This document shows, in pieces, positions 27,402 to 43,745 of a stretch of DNA of 64,000 nucleotides (positions are counted from its first letter, which is position 1; each line of letters begins with the position of its first letter). The stretch lies in the NCBI RefSeq assembly GCF_009914755.1, contig NC_060932.1. One strand, given 5' to 3'. The stretch is from the human T2T-CHM13v2.0 reference genome, Homo sapiens. Under the pieces are notes generated by a model. It saw nothing but the letters and a program-made list of their open reading frames with translations. It did no database searches and was not told the origin of the DNA. The position numbers and the translations under genes were made by a program.

Positions 27402-30400
27402 AATATCAACCTCATAGTATTACAATATATATTCATAAGCGCTTGACTGTGCCTGGCACATAGTAGGTCTGCAAATGGCAGCTGCTGATATAAGTGTTTA
27501 GTAGAGCCAAGCATTGCCCCTTATTCTACACATTTAATGTTCAAAGGTAGACATTATTGACCTTATTTTTACATGGAAAGATGAAGAAACTCAAAGAAGT
27601 TAATGACCTATTAAGGACACAGTAAATGAAGGAGCTAGGATTCAAACTCAGGGTCTGTCTGAGCTCAGAGCCAAAGCTCTTTCCTTTACACAGTGCCACA
27701 GACACTGAGGCCAAGTATATTTTCAGCAACCAAAACAATTCCAACAGTTTCATTTTTGTGCTATTTTCCCAAACTATAAATGTTCTCTTTTAGTAACAGC
27801 ATTGCAAAGTATTGAGACTGTTGAGATCATTCTATGAATGTCACATTTTGAAAGCACTTAATTGCTGGTGTAGTGATAACTCACATTTCATTGAAAATTA
27901 TTTGGGGATTTTTCTTTTCTTTTTCCACACAAAGATTCAATTCAACAATGAGGTAAGAACATCTTTAACTATACAAAGAGCTAATTTGTTACATACATAT
28001 CTGTACTTGATGAGATTATCAGTGAAGCTTTGGTGGAGATTTCTGGGCAGTACTAGATTTCTCTCACAATGTCTTCCTTGTAGGTACATGTTGTCATCCT
28101 TCCAAATGGGTTTCACTCCAAAATGTTCAACATCACAAGTCAAATCATCAAAACAGTATGTCCTTTTGGCTATGGGCTATAGGGCTTAGTTTGACAATCC
28201 AATATTGTTGGAAATGTATTCATCTTAACCACACTGCACAGTTCTTGCAGGCATTCTTATGCTGTCTGGACCACAGAGGGTTCACAAAATTCAATTACTA
28301 CTTCAATAACACCGCTGGCACTTGCTGAACTCTGAATAATGAAGGATTATCTGCAGCCTTCCAGCTGAGGACCGTGAATTACTGTTACATTAAGCCAGCT
28401 GTTCTGGGGATAATCAGGAGGTGCAAAGGGTAAAGATGGCAATGTTGTACCAGTCTTCCTAAAGAATGTGTGTCTTTCTCCTTAGGACAAAAAAAATGGT
28501 CTGAATTTCAGCCCAGTATACAATTCCATTCAAATGACAAGGTTTCACAGAATGAACAGCCCACAGGTCCTACTGGAAGGAAATTGGCAACAAATATTTT
28601 ATAATCCAAGCAGAAAATGTGGCTTGGACTTACATTTTATTAGCAAAATCTGAGAACCAGACTCTGCTTGTAGCATAGAATCAGAAGTTTGGAAGAAGTT
28701 ATAAAGTTCTTAGCTTGGGTTAAATATGGGTCAGTATGCTCCAAGCTGACCCAAGTTTGTCCTGCTGAAGCAAGGCCACTTAGAAGATCCTGGGAGGACT
28801 TTGATACAGGAGATGCTAGTAAGTGGGCATTCTAGCTCCTCTGAAAGTTGAGCAGTGAGAATCTTCCCCAATAATTTGTAGAAAATCATAGCCCCCAGAA
28901 AAGAGAATAAAGACCATAAGGATCCTGTTAAGTGTACCATGTTATCTCCCTAAATTCCATTTCATGGTTCAAGAATCCACTCTAAGTTCACCTTCTCTAA
29001 GAAGCCTTCTTCACCAGCACTCTTTTGACTACAATGAGCCTGACCCAACCTCTTTTGTGCCCAACTGCTCTTTGTAACAATTACTATCATAGCAGCTGAA
29101 ACACCATCTCTGTTACTTGTTTGTATGTGTGTTTCCCACGAAACCCTAAGCTCCATGAGAGCAAGGACCTTGTCTGGTTTTCTCACGGCTGTTTTACACA
29201 GTGATTCTCAAGGTTGTTCAGCACAGTATTCCAAACAGCTGAACAGACTGAACACTTATTATCTAACCATCTAGCAGCAAAAACCCAACATTTCAGGCCA
29301 AAATTTCTATAGCTTCTCACATTTTCTCCTAAAAATGCAAGTACTTTTTGACTTCTCCTTAATCTTCAAGTAAAATTGATGCTCCAGAAAAATGAACCAT
29401 GTTTACACTGAGACCTCTTGCATCTTCTTGCATATTTCATGTAGTCAAATTAGCAGTAATAATAAAAAAGATTCCAAATTCTATCTCAATTTAGGTGCCA
29501 TCAATTGTAAGGTATACTATTAATGTACATATCAAAAAGAAATTTTAAAATTCTGTCAATTGGCTCAGGACACATCATCAATTGGAACACTCATATCACT
29601 TTCAGAAATGAAAAAAAAAATCTAATGTTTATTTTAGAATATATGAAATTTAGGGAAAAAATGAAAAAGGAGGAAGTGGAGGAAGAGGAAAAAACTGACA
29701 TTTATCAAGCTTATTAGGTTCTAGACACTATGCAAAGTGCTTTACGTAGATTACTTTATTTCCTTTAATTCTTATAACAGTCCTTTGAGGTCAGTACTAT
29801 TTTATCTCAAAATTACAGATGAGGAAAATGAAGCTTTAGAAAGAAAAATAGCTTGCATGGCATCATAAACCTATTATGTGGTAAAGCCAGAATATGAATC
29901 CTCACATTCTGAATCCAAAATGTGTATATTTACTCTGCCTTATTGCCTATATTCTGGGTTTCATGTACTCCATTTGGAGAAACAAGTAATTGTTGCACAA
30001 GAAACTTGAAAGAATGAATGAATGAATGACCAGCTAATAAGCTGTAAAGGATTTGTGCCTGGATATTGGTCACCACCTGAGGAACTTCCCCGACAGGATG
30101 CATGGGGGCCATATGCAGATCTTTGCCAAGGAAAACAGTTGATTTTGGCCAACAATTTTGTGACCAAGAACTGTTAGGAATATGGTCCTGAGCTTTTCAC
30201 TGGCCCCTGAAATTAAGGTAGTGGTCTTTCTTTTCTGGATTAATTAAGTAATTGATCAAGTCAACAAAAACGTAGTGATCATCTACCATACTCCAAGTCA
30301 TTTGCTGGAACTGGGAATAAAGCAGTGAACAAGGCAACTACAGTCCTTGCCCTCCTAAAGCTTATAGTCTGGTGGGTTGTATGAGTTTTTCTTTAAACCC

Positions 30401-31618
30401 TGATTCCCCGGACTAAATTATCTAGATTTGTTTGTTTGTTTGTTTGTTTGCCTTTCCTTTTCTGCTTACCACTTTATGCTCATAGGATTGGACTCCTTAG
30501 AACTGAGCCCCATGGTTGGTGCCTCCCAAATTCCAGAGAAGATCCCTAGAGCTGAGTCTGAAGCATTTCTGGCCCCTCCCTGTAAGCCAGCTCCTCAGCT
30601 GAAGCCTCCTCAGATGCCAATTTCTCATGTGAAGGTCAGATAATTATGTAGGTCTCTCTGCAACAACCATGGGGAAGGAGAATCTCTTGTACCTACTAAA
30701 TACACACCTGGACAATTCCAGAAGCACACAGAAAGTTAGGGGTTTCAGAGATCTCCCCTGTAAGACCTCATTCATTAGGAGAACCATCTAATCCCCAAGC
30801 CTATGTTCAATAGTGTATTCAGAAACATCATGTAGTGCTCTTTTTCCCTTTGACAGAAAGGCTCAAGTTATATTGTGCCCATACCCTTCTTGGTGCTATA
30901 TTATCTACCTAGAGTGCCCTCCTTCCTTTAACTTCATCTTTTGAAATCATTTTTATTGTTCAAGACCCAGCCGCCATAAAAAGCTATTTATATTTACTAA
31001 GTTTTTCCCAATCCCCACCCTACTTCTTCAACCAAGGCAAAACATGGTAGCAGAACATACTGGCAAACACTGAACTTGGAGTCAAAAAACCAAGCCATGT
31101 CCTAGTTGCCTAGCCTCTGGGCTTCTATGTCCACAAAATGAGGATGGTGAATTCAGCAACTTCTGTGGTCCCATCTATATTAACACTTATAGGGTACATA
31201 CTATGTGTCATATCATTTTTATAAACTTATTTTTCCTACAAGTACAAGATGAGTACTATTACCTCATTTATTGATGAGACTGGAACAGATTCCAACCCAG
31301 GGGTGCCTGATTTTACAGCCCAGACTCTTAGCAGCAATGACACACCACAGCCCCCAAGAGCTTATGGTGCCCTTCCTCCTCTTTTTCTCTTTTATTATAA
31401 TGATCATTCTAAAGGCTCACCTCATTGAATAGTACTGCTTCTGGTTTTTGGATTAGAAAATAACCACCATAGCCTTCAGATTCATCCTGGTCTCTCTAGG
31501 CAAGGAGTGACAAAATCAGCAATGAAAATATTAATTAAAATTGCATCTACACAACATCCCAGAAAATGGTAGAGATATAGAAAAGCCAACTATGAAACCA
31601 GCTGTTAAAACCATGTCC

Positions 31619-31940
31619 AGCCAGGTGCGGTGGCTCACTCCTCTAATCCCAACGCTTTTGGAGGCTGAGGCGGGCAGATCATTTGAGGCCAGGAGTTCAA
31701 GACCAGCCTGGCCAAAATGGTGAAAGCCCGTCTCTACCAAAAATACAAAAATTAGCTGGGCGTGGTGGCATGCACCTGTAACCTGAGCTACTCGGGAGGC
31801 TGAGACATAAGAATTGCTTGAACCCAGGAGGTGGAGGTTGCAGTGAGCCGAGATCACGCCACTGCACCACTACACTCCAGCCTGGGCAATAGAGCGAGAC
31901 TTTGTCTCAAAAAAAAAAAAAAAAGAAAAGAAAAAAGAAA
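31619..31940 (+). mobile_element. Alu
   Basis: Dimeric Alu with A tail. Confidence 0.95.
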
Positions 31941-34900
31941 TCCAATGAACAATTTTATTTCTCTTTTTATGGGACCACTTGCTTTGGCAGTCTGCTCAGA
32001 TGAGATATCGAGGTGCATCTAGAAATATAAAGCATAGACTGATTCATTGAATTGGTCAGATTATTTTTTGAAATGGGTCATTTCAGTCAAACAATTTGTT
32101 TGTAACCCAAGTTACTAACTAGTTATTGCCCATTTGATCTATTAAAAACAATTCATCCATTTGGTAAAGCCTCACTAACATTTTTGAAATCAATCTATAC
32201 AATGTACCTGAGAAAAATATATTAATTAGTTAATACCTTCACTCAATTAAAACTTGGGCATGTCCAAAGTCTGACCACACACCTCTTGTCATATTGGATT
32301 GGCCATCACAGGTAAATTCTTACAATGTTGGACACAGATTCTTTAACAAAACAGTTGAACTTCAGTACACACCAAGATGGTTAATGCAACACAGACTGCT
32401 CAAGGTTAGACTAAACACAAGGTCCAAGAATTATTTTCTATGGCCCTCCTTAATGACACAAAGCCATACCTTTTAACGGGCATTTTTTTTTCTCACAAAA
32501 CTTTGTATTGATTTATACATTTCTTCAATTCTGTATAAGTGGGCTGTGAATTTACAAGATCCTCAAATCTCATAAGAGTCACACACCTTTTTCTTCAGTT
32601 TCCATCTACTTGTTAGTTCTGTGTTTTCTCTTATTTGAAGACTAACTTTGCAAATGTGCAGAGAAGGTATTCTATTGTATTCTGAGGGGAAAAAATGGCG
32701 TTTTTTGACTTGGATGTCCCTGGACTTTACAGTTTCACTCCAAATAATATAGTAACAGCCAAGGCCCCCTGATTTCTGCTACGAGCCCTCAACCCCACAT
32801 TGGCTAACTAGGTGTATATAGCATTTTGTACATGGGTTTCTAGTAAACCTAGAAAAGAAAGTGCTTTTATTAGTCATCTAGAGATTTTTATAGGCACTTG
32901 GCCAAATTCTAAATTGCTCAGGATTTGCATCTTCTAAAGAATAAAAGCCTATTTACACACTCTCACTATTTCAGATTTCCCAGCTAGCTACATGAGAATG
33001 TTTTAAAGGGCTGGTAACAATACAACTCACCATGGACCACCTAGATTAATATTAAAAAGGTGATTCTTTGTTTCCAAGATTTTCATGTTTGCCTTCCCCT
33101 CTCTTCTCTCTCTCCAATGTATCAATGCCTTGCTTTCTTTTCCTCAAAGGCTTTTGGAAAGCGTAGGCACTCCTCAGGCCATTGGTCCACTGAGTGATAT
33201 TGAACTTGCTCTGTGTGCTCACTGATGGCCTCTTTTCTAGGATAAACCATCACAACTGCCTTCATCAAGCTTAGAAAATCATCTTTGGGATCGTCCTTAA
33301 ACTTGAGAGGTAGAAGGCAAACATAGGAGGAATCTCTAGATAAGGACAACTAAGAAAGAACCTTGATCCATCAATAATAGAGTACATCAAGCAGCTTCAT
33401 GCTCAATCTGAAATTATCATAGTCATCATTATAGGTCACAGATAATACCTTATGGGGTGTGTTTAACCCTTCACATCTCTACAAAATGTCAAACAATATT
33501 CTGCACAAAATGAGCACTCAACAAATGTTAGATTAAAAAGAGGAATAAATTGATGAAAAACTAGAAGGATATTAAATGGAGACATTAGAAGGGTGGATAA
33601 AGGTATTAATTAGATGAACAAATGAGAACTAGAACTTTATGACTATTATTTCCTCCTTTTTCTAAAAAAAAAAAAGCCTTTGTAAAGTTGATGCTAGAAG
33701 TGTAAAAAGTTCCATTAACAATCATCTCAGAAATCTGTACAGAGTTCATACTTCCTCCCATTAAGGACTCCACCTTCCCTTTCCTGGCTCTCAGCACTTC
33801 TCCTTTTAGTTCTGTGCCTCAGTGTACATTGTTTCTATTGATTCCTATTCCTAGTCTTACCCTGGCACAATTTCTGATGTATATCTTCCAGCCATGATCT
33901 CCCCAGTTTGCCCCTTCCATCTTTGTGAGCTTGGCCAGCTAGGTTGACCCTCTTTCTTCCAACTTGTCCATCAAGTTGTAAGAATTGGATCATTTACTTG
34001 AGTTGTTAAACTTAAGACCAGCATCATTCTAATTGATATTGTTTATTCTCTTTGCCTTTGCCTGAATAACAAAGGACTCTCACATCATTGTGAATTACAG
34101 GTCTGTCTTTGCCATCAGGTTTTTAATTTTGTTCAGGATTAAACCCATAGTAGTTTAAGGAAGATAGTAACCTCTTCAACTCTAGGGGAAAATGTTGTAA
34201 AAGCAGTTTGCAAATTCTAAATCCTCATTTGAAGTAAGCTACTATTTGGGGTCACAAGCTGTCTACACAACCCTAAGATGTTTGAATATAAATTTAAAAT
34301 TTTGATCATCCAGATGGTTTCTATTTGAAAAAGCCCATTTGGCATTCTAGACGTAACCTCCTGAATGATTAAAGAAGCAATAATCAGGAAGAGTCAATAT
34401 TTGTTATCTTGTAGACATTTTCTCTATAATGCTTAAGTACCCTAACTGTGATGCAGAGACTAAAATATTATAGCTAGATTTTTAAAAATTTGACCATATG
34501 CAAAAATGAGCAAGCAATGTGAATCATTTAATTAAAGAATAAATGACAAGTGGCTGATAAGACAATTATCTTGGTTTTGGTTATGTTTCTGTTCTTTGTA
34601 GATCATATCAAATGTTTCAGAGAGTAACTCCTCTTACAAGTATTCTTTATGATGCTAATAAGGTAAAAGTTTCTATGGGCAAACTTCTCTCTATCCTGAT
34701 TTAATTTTAAAAGACAATATTTATTAAGCAACCAGCATGTGTAAGGTTATTCCCATAAAGGTGATATGCAAAATGCCCAAAGATCTTGATGTCTAAGATC
34801 CTCATACTTAATTCCACGAAGATGTAGTATATACCTGAGAATTAATAACCTAACATTACGGAGCAGTTTTGAAACTCAAACATGGCAACATCCTCCTTCC

Positions 34901-37261
34901 CTATCACAGAAGATAGTCATTGTTAAATTCTGAAGGATATTGGAAGAATTCAATTGTATTTTTCCTCCAGCCTAGAGAGAACTCCTCTGCTGCCATTTTC
35001 AGCTTCTGGGTCTCTAACCTGCTGCCATTAGCCCAATACTTGTGATACCTTCATTTGGCAATTTACAGTGGAGTGAAAGAGAAAATAGGGGAACTTAGCT
35101 GTCCCAATTCTATCACCACAGGAGTGACATAACACACTCTATCTCCCTTGAGAACCACCTTACCTTTCTTTCTCAAGCCAAATATCTCCTGGACTATGAT
35201 GGGAACAAGTGAAGGATAAAGTAGGGTAGATCTCAAAAGAAGAGTATGTGGTAGTAGGAGGAGAGGTTAACTTTGTCCAACTTACTCATTCCTTTGTGGC
35301 TCACTAGGAAAGGAAATCCTTAAAAGAAACGTGTCCTATATGAATTCTATATATTTCCTTAATATTCTTTTATTTGATTCACACAACCCTCTTTCAAGTC
35401 CTCCACTCCAATGTCCAATCTATTTTCTCAGATAACTCTGCCTTCCCCATAAAGCCTTAACCTCTACAAACTCAGGTGCCTCAGGCATTGGCCCGAGTTA
35501 ATGAAGGTTCCACTCTACTTGGTTCTGTTTGATTTATGAGGACAGGGCTAGAGCAGATTCCTGTGGATGAAGCAGAAAGTAAATGTTTTGAGTTTCATCT
35601 TTTGTCATCAAGAGGGTCAGCTGATTTCAAAAGTTTACCTAAAAAGAGAGAGCACCTCAGGGCAAGGATTGACTTTTCCTCAAAAAACAAACCGAAACCG
35701 AAAAATACAATCTGGTATTCTGGTATCATGAAAAATGAAATGTCTCCTTTCAGCATGACTTTGACCTCACCTTCTGGGGAAACAAGGATCCTAGAATTAT
35801 TGAAGGAGGAGAACATGACCCTTTCTTAGGCCTGATTGATTCTCCTCCATTTTGATAGGGTAGCTCAAGTTCTAACTAGGTTAAGTTCCATTTCAAACAT
35901 TTTTACACACTTTATCTCATTCAACGTTCGAAACTACCCACTGAGGCATGTATATTTCTGCCCATTTTATTTGTTAAGGTACCTTAAAAATGCTTACATT
36001 TTAGTTAATGATTCTGGCATTTGAGAGAAAAACAAGCAATCTGTAAGCTCAAAAGAGATAACATAAAATAAGTTTATTTGAACCATCGGTCATGTTTCCC
36101 ACAAACTACTTAAACCTTTAACTGTCTTACTTTTTCAAAGGAATAGAAAGGCATCTTCCCGGTTGTGTGGCATTTGCCCTTTTCTAGAAAGCTCTTAAGC
36201 AGTCTTCATTAGATAACTTATAGAATGTAATATTCATTAAATAGACATCAATCCGTCATCATGGGCTGAGAGTATACCCTTTTCTCTGTATTATAAGGCA
36301 TAGAAAATATGTTATATAACACACTTTCACAGACTTTGCAAATGATAACCCACTTTGCAGATGACTGACCTACCCAAGAAAAATTAAGAAATGAGGGTGA
36401 GCGTTCTATTCTCTCTAAATCATGTTTCATTTCAATTTATTCTCAATATCCAGAAGGATAACTGATGCTTTTTGGATGAGCTCATTTAAACATGTCGAAC
36501 TCTTTTTACAAAGATTAATTAGAATGTGTCAGCTATGCTGGTGGCAAAGCCATCTTGTTTAAAGTCTTCAAGAAGTAATATACAAAGCAAGATTACAACT
36601 GCTCAATCTTTAGCATGACATGCATAAAATCAATATTTCAAGTTCCTTTGGGAGTTACAGCCCAACATGCTGCTTATAAATCGTCATAATGACCTCAGCC
36701 AGCCCCTCCTGTCCAGTGGGGAAAGTGGAATTACTCAGACTTCGAGGGGAGACTTAAAGACTGGGCAGTTCACAAGGGCTGTGAATAGGCTGATGGTTTT
36801 CTAGAAGAAAAATGTCAGATGTAGAAGTTTCCTAGATGCCATGCCATAATCAGTCCCATCTGCTCCAAACTCAGAGAGCCAAAGTCACTCATTGAGAAAG
36901 CTTTGGAACAGCAAAGCATGGGCATGTTCAGAGACAATAGTGAATGACTTCTCACTATACACGAGATTCCAAGTAGCAGGATTTCTAAACGTTCCATGCA
37001 GAAGAGGACACCAAAATATCCTCTGGGAGATCTTCTTTTATATCTCACTTAATGAAAGCAGTTTCTGTTAACTGATCTCTCTGGATTAATCAATATCTTT
37101 AATTTCTGGACTGCTCAACTTTGTGAAAAACTGAGGTTCTCCTTTACAATTTGGACAAGTCTAATTTTTCAGTTTCTCTCACTGGTGTTTTGAAACCCTA
37201 GCTCTACTTGAGGATATTTTAAGGATAATCTGAAGAATAGGAGCTTTAGAATTTACTAGTA

Positions 37262-37473
37262 TAGTGTTCTCAACCAGAGATAATTTTAGTCCCCATACAA
37301 CATTTAGTAATATCTGGAGACATTTTTGATCATGGCAAACTGAGGGAGGACTGCCACTGGCATCTGGTGGGTAAAGGCTAGGGATAATTCTAAATATCCT
37401 ACACAAGACAGCCCTCCACAGCAAGAAATTATCTGCCCCCAAATGTCAATAATGCCATGGTTGGAAAGCCTTG
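37262..37473. mobile_element. MER20 hAT element
   Basis: Characteristic ...tatctggagacattttt...actggcatctggtgggta...aaatgtcaataatgcc. Confidence 0.8.
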
Positions 37474-38254
37474 CACTAGCAAAATGGCAAAAACCCAAGT
37501 TTAACCAATGGCCAAAGCTCAGTTTTAACGACAGATAAAAATTCCCTCATACCATGTTGCAGGAAGCAGAGAAAGAAAGCAGTCTAATCATTTCAGTGGT
37601 GAATAAGAAATCTCTGAAAAGAGATGTTACAGAGACCACTTTTGTGACACAATCAACCAAGCCAAAAAAAAAAAAAAAAAAAAAAAGGCCTTCCAGTTGG
37701 GTCTTACAATACAATTTGGAAAAGTAAATGCCAGAGACAACTGGAAAAAAGAGTTGATGCCCAAACAGATTTCCCTGTTGTGATGCATGTTAGCTGACTT
37801 AAGAGCCTCCAAGTCCCCAAAGTGTTAATTTCCAGAAAAATTGAAAGAGGAGGGGTTAAGTTAAACATACACTGTGAGTTGTTCTTACGCTACAGTTGAA
37901 GAGAGATCTTGAAATATATTTTTCATTCATTTTCTCTCTTTGTGTCTCCCCTATGTGAGAAATATGGCATGCACAATTGGCGCCTATATTATCCTCTAGC
38001 CAATACTTTATCCCAGTTGCCTTAGCAACTGTCAATATTTGTCTGGTATGTCACAGCCCCAGTTGGCTGATGGCTGGTTGAACATCTACTTGTAAAGTTT
38101 AGGAAAGAGAGACACCCAGTGGTCTAAATTAACTGAGTTGCTGAAAGCCTGCTTCATTTTATTTTCACTTCAGAAATGTTTATTAATTTTTAAATCTGAT
38201 CTTCTGTTAATCATCAACAATCCCCACAATTAAACTTATGAAGGGAGAAAAGAA

Positions 38255-38482
38255 CATGTGTTGGCACACTTACTTTTTCTGTAAAGTCCCAGACAGTAAA
38301 TATTTTAGGCTTTGCGGGCCATATGGTCTCTGTTGAAACTATTCAATTCTTCCGTTATAGCACAAAAGCAGCATTAAACAATATGTAAACAAATGAGAAT
38401 GGCTGCATTCCAATAAAATTGTACTTACAAAAGCAGACAGCAAGCCAAATTCAGCCCATAGGCAACAGTTTCCTAACCCCTG
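38255..38482. mobile_element. MER58A hAT element
   Basis: agtaaatattttaggctttgcgggccatatggtctctgt signature. Confidence 0.8.
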
Positions 38483-38677
38483 CAAGAGAAGATAGAATGT
38501 ATGTGCTTTTTCAATCTGTACATTTAACTGCCCCTTTCCCTCCCTCAAATTTTAAGGCAACTAGAAGAATCACTGCAAAAAGACACATCAATATTCATTC
38601 ACTAACATTAATACAACTATTTACCATGTTCCAGACACTGTTTTAGGTGCCACAGTCACAGCAATGTACAAGACAGT

Positions 38678-39037
38678 TGCTCTGGACCAAGTGCTGTATC
38701 CCCTCAAAATTTAATGTTGAAATGTTGAAATTCTAATCCCCAGTGGGATGGCATTTGGAGATGGAGACTTTGGGAGATAATGAGGTATTGAGGGTGGAGT
38801 CCTCATGATGGAATTAGTGTCTAAGAAGAGACAGGCCAGAACTTGCTTCATCTCCATCCTTCTACCATGTAAGATTACAACAAGAAGCTGGATATCTACA
38901 AAGCAGCAAGAGGGCCCTCACAAGACACCAGACTGCCAGCACCCTGCCTTCCCAGCCTCCAGATTGTGGAAAATAAATGTTTGTTGTTTAAGCAACCCAG
39001 TATCTGATATTCTGTTACAGCAGCCCAAACTAAGACA
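38678..39037 (+). mobile_element. MLT1A-like solo LTR
   Basis: TG...TAAGACA termini, internal AATAAA, TSD ACAGT/GCAGT. Confidence 0.75.
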
Positions 39038-39187
39038 GCAGTTAACGACCTCTCTGTCTTTGTGGAGCTTATATTTACCGTTAGTAATATAATATATAAA
39101 TAACAGGTCTTGTAAGTCAAATGATAGTAACTACTGTTAGAATATTTCAAGGCAGAAGCAGGACAGGGAATAATGAGTTTAAAAAAA

Positions 39188-39609
39188 TGTTATAGATTGG
39201 ATTGCATTTCCCCCAAAAAATATTGAAGAACTAATTCCTTGTACCTGTTAATGCAATATTATTTGGAAATATGATCTTTGAAGATGTAAGCAAGTTAGGA
39301 AGAGGTCATTAGGTAGGACCTAATCTGGTATGACTTGTGTCTTCGTAAGAAGATGAAATGCCACAGGAAGACAGACCCTGGGAGAGCCCCATCTGATGAC
39401 AGAGAAAGAGACAGGAGTGATGCAGCTGCACACCAAGGAATGCCAAAGACTGCTGGCCATATTCAAGCTGGGAAGAGGAAAGAAAGGATTCTCAGAGGGC
39501 CATGATCCTGATGACACCTTGATATCAGCTGGTTTGCCTCCAGAACTGTTAGGGTATACATTTCTGTTGTTTTAAGCCACACAGAACACAGCCGTAAGAA
39601 ACTAATGCA
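39188..39609 (+). mobile_element. MLT1B/C-like solo LTR
   Basis: TGTTATAG...CTAATGCA termini; cctccagaactg...tttctgttgttttaagcc motif. Confidence 0.75.
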
Positions 39610-40361
39610 GAAACAGAGAGAATTGTTACTGTTAAAAGGGTGGCAAAGAAAGGCTTCAGTGAGAGGGTGAAGGAGCAACTCACAGGGTTGCGTGCGATAG
39701 TAATCAAAGCAGAGGAAACAGCACGTGTTAAGGCCCTGAGGCAGGAGGATCACAAGGGTGTTCTTGTGCCTGGGGCAAAGTGAGTCACAGGGAGAAAGGG
39801 GAGTAATAAATCAGAGAGATAAATGGAGCAAGATGACAAAAGTCCTGTGGGATACTGCATGGAATTTGGCTTTTATGCTGAGTGAAATATGATATTAAAG
39901 AATTTTGAGTAGAAGAGTGACATGTCATATGATGTTTATGAAAAGCATTGTTCTGGCTGTCCTATTGAGAATATATCCCATAGAAGCAAAGATGGAAGTA
40001 GAAAGACCTATTATGAGGATACTGCAATTATCCAGGAGAGAGATGCATGGAGTAATAGTGGAGGTGGTGAGAGGTGTAGGATTTATTGTTAGAAGAGGAT
40101 CTACTGACATATTAGATACGAGGTGTGAGGAAAAGTGAAGGTCAAGGATGAATTCAAGGTTTTTGCTTCAGGCAAACTGTAGTTTGAACTTGTGATGAGG
40201 AAGACTGGCATAAGAGCAGATTTCCTTGTAGGGGTGTGTCAAGAGTTCACTTTTGAGCATGTTATGATAGGGATGTTATTAGATAAATAGTTAGATCTCT
40301 GGGCCTGGAGTTCAGGAGAAAGTTCTAGGCTGAAGATTTTAAATGTGGGTTATAATTAGTA

Positions 40362-40697
40362 CAGGTGGTCCTCAGTATTTGTGAAGGATTGGTTCCAGGA
40401 CCCCCCTCACATACCAAAATCTGCAGATGCTCAAGTCCCTTATGTAAAATCATGTGGTGTTGGCATATAACCTACACACATCCTCCCATGTACTATATTT
40501 AAATCATCTCTAGATCATGTATAATACATATAACAATGTGAATTGTATGTAAATAGTTGTTAAGCTGTATTGCTTAGGGAATAATACAAGAAAAAAAGTC
40601 TGTACATGTTGAATACAGACACAATTTTTAAAATATTTTTTATCTACTATTGGTTGAATCCACGGATGTGAAATCCAAGCATATGGAGAGCCAGTTG
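40362..40697. mobile_element. MER2 (Tigger family)
   Basis: TA|cag...gattggttccaggacccc...ataccaaaatc...gatgctcaagtccctta. Confidence 0.8.
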
Positions 40698-41441
40698 TGC
40701 ATAAATGGTGTTTAAAGCCATGAGACCAGATGAAGTTAACAAGGAAATTAGTATAGATGGGGTAGGGAAGAAAAGTATTTAATTGATTGAGCCCTGGAGG
40801 ACTGCAACCTTCACTATTAAGTCTACAAAGAGAAATGAGCCAGTTAAGAAGGTAAGAAACTGCTAGAAAGGTAGGAAAACCAAGAGATCATGAGGTCCTG
40901 AAGCCAAGAGAAAGACAGACATGAAAATGTGTGTTAAATACTAGTAGCTTAACACATAGGAAATACGTAAGTTAAGTGCTTATAATCAGAACTGAGAGCT
41001 GACTGCTGGATTTATAAGTGTGGAGATCATAAATAGTCTTGAACATATAATTTATCATCCAAATCAAGTCACTTTAAAATAATAATTTCAATGATTATTA
41101 TTTCAATAATATTCAAATTATTATTTTGATAATAATAATTGAAAAATTATTCCTAGAGAATAGGCAGGGGCCAGTATTTTCTGTACAAATTAAGAGGAAC
41201 AGTCACCCTTGTCATGAAAATATTGATAAGAGCAGTTTCATGGGTGTGATAGGATATTAGACTGAATGAATTAGTTTCTATGGAGAATGGATGGAGAGAA
41301 ACAGGGGACAGTGATTGCAGATAACATTTCAAGGAAAGTAAAGAGAATGACAGACAGAGGTTGGTTAGCAGATTCAAAAGTATAGCTAGAGAGGAGAAAC
41401 AAGTTATAGTGTTTTATAGCACTACAGAGTGACTATAATAA

Positions 41442-42559
<1,118 letters not shown>

Positions 42560-43375
42560 TATTGTTTATTTTCAAATAGCTAGAAAAGCAGATTTCAAAT
42601 GTTCTATACATAAATAATAAATGTTTGAGTGATGGGGTATGCTAATTACCCTAATTTGATCATTATATATTGTATACATGTATTGAAATGCCATACTATA
42701 CCCCACAAATATGTACAATTATTATGTGTAAACTAGAAATAATAATTTTAAACTTAAAAAATTTTAAAGAATGATATGGGATAGAGAGGGTTGGTTTGGA
42801 GTTATTGTTCTTTTTTCAATAACAAAGTACATTATAGAATATTTGTATGCTGACTGGAATTACGTAGGCAAAGAAGAAAAAAAATTACCTGAATTGGGGG
42901 TGGGAAGATGGGAAAGAGAATTGCTGAAGTCATGGGATCTTGGGCACAAAGAGAAGGGTTGGTCTTATATAAGCATATAGACATTCTCTCCATAATAACT
43001 GGAGGCAAGGCAGAGAAAATAAGCACAGATTCAGGTGAATGGATAAATAATGTGGTGGGAACTTGCAGAACTTCTCTTGTTGCTTAACATTTCTCACCCT
43101 GATGAGAGTGAGGAGGAGAGAAGAAGAGGGAGCAGGAACTAGAGGTAGAGTAGATAGACTAGGGGTAAAACAGGGGAACTTGTGGGCAGCGCTAAGGCTA
43201 GTTGGAGTGGATAGGGCACAATCTATTGGCATTGGGAGTGTGATCAACCCAACCCAAGGTAGTCATGGACTATGTGTGGGGGAGCACTGATTTCCCAAGG
43301 AAAATCTGAAATTGAGGAAATATTAGGTGGAGGTGGAATGAATACTGGGAAGACAAGCTCAATAGGCCATAAGTT

Positions 43376-43745
<370 letters not shown>

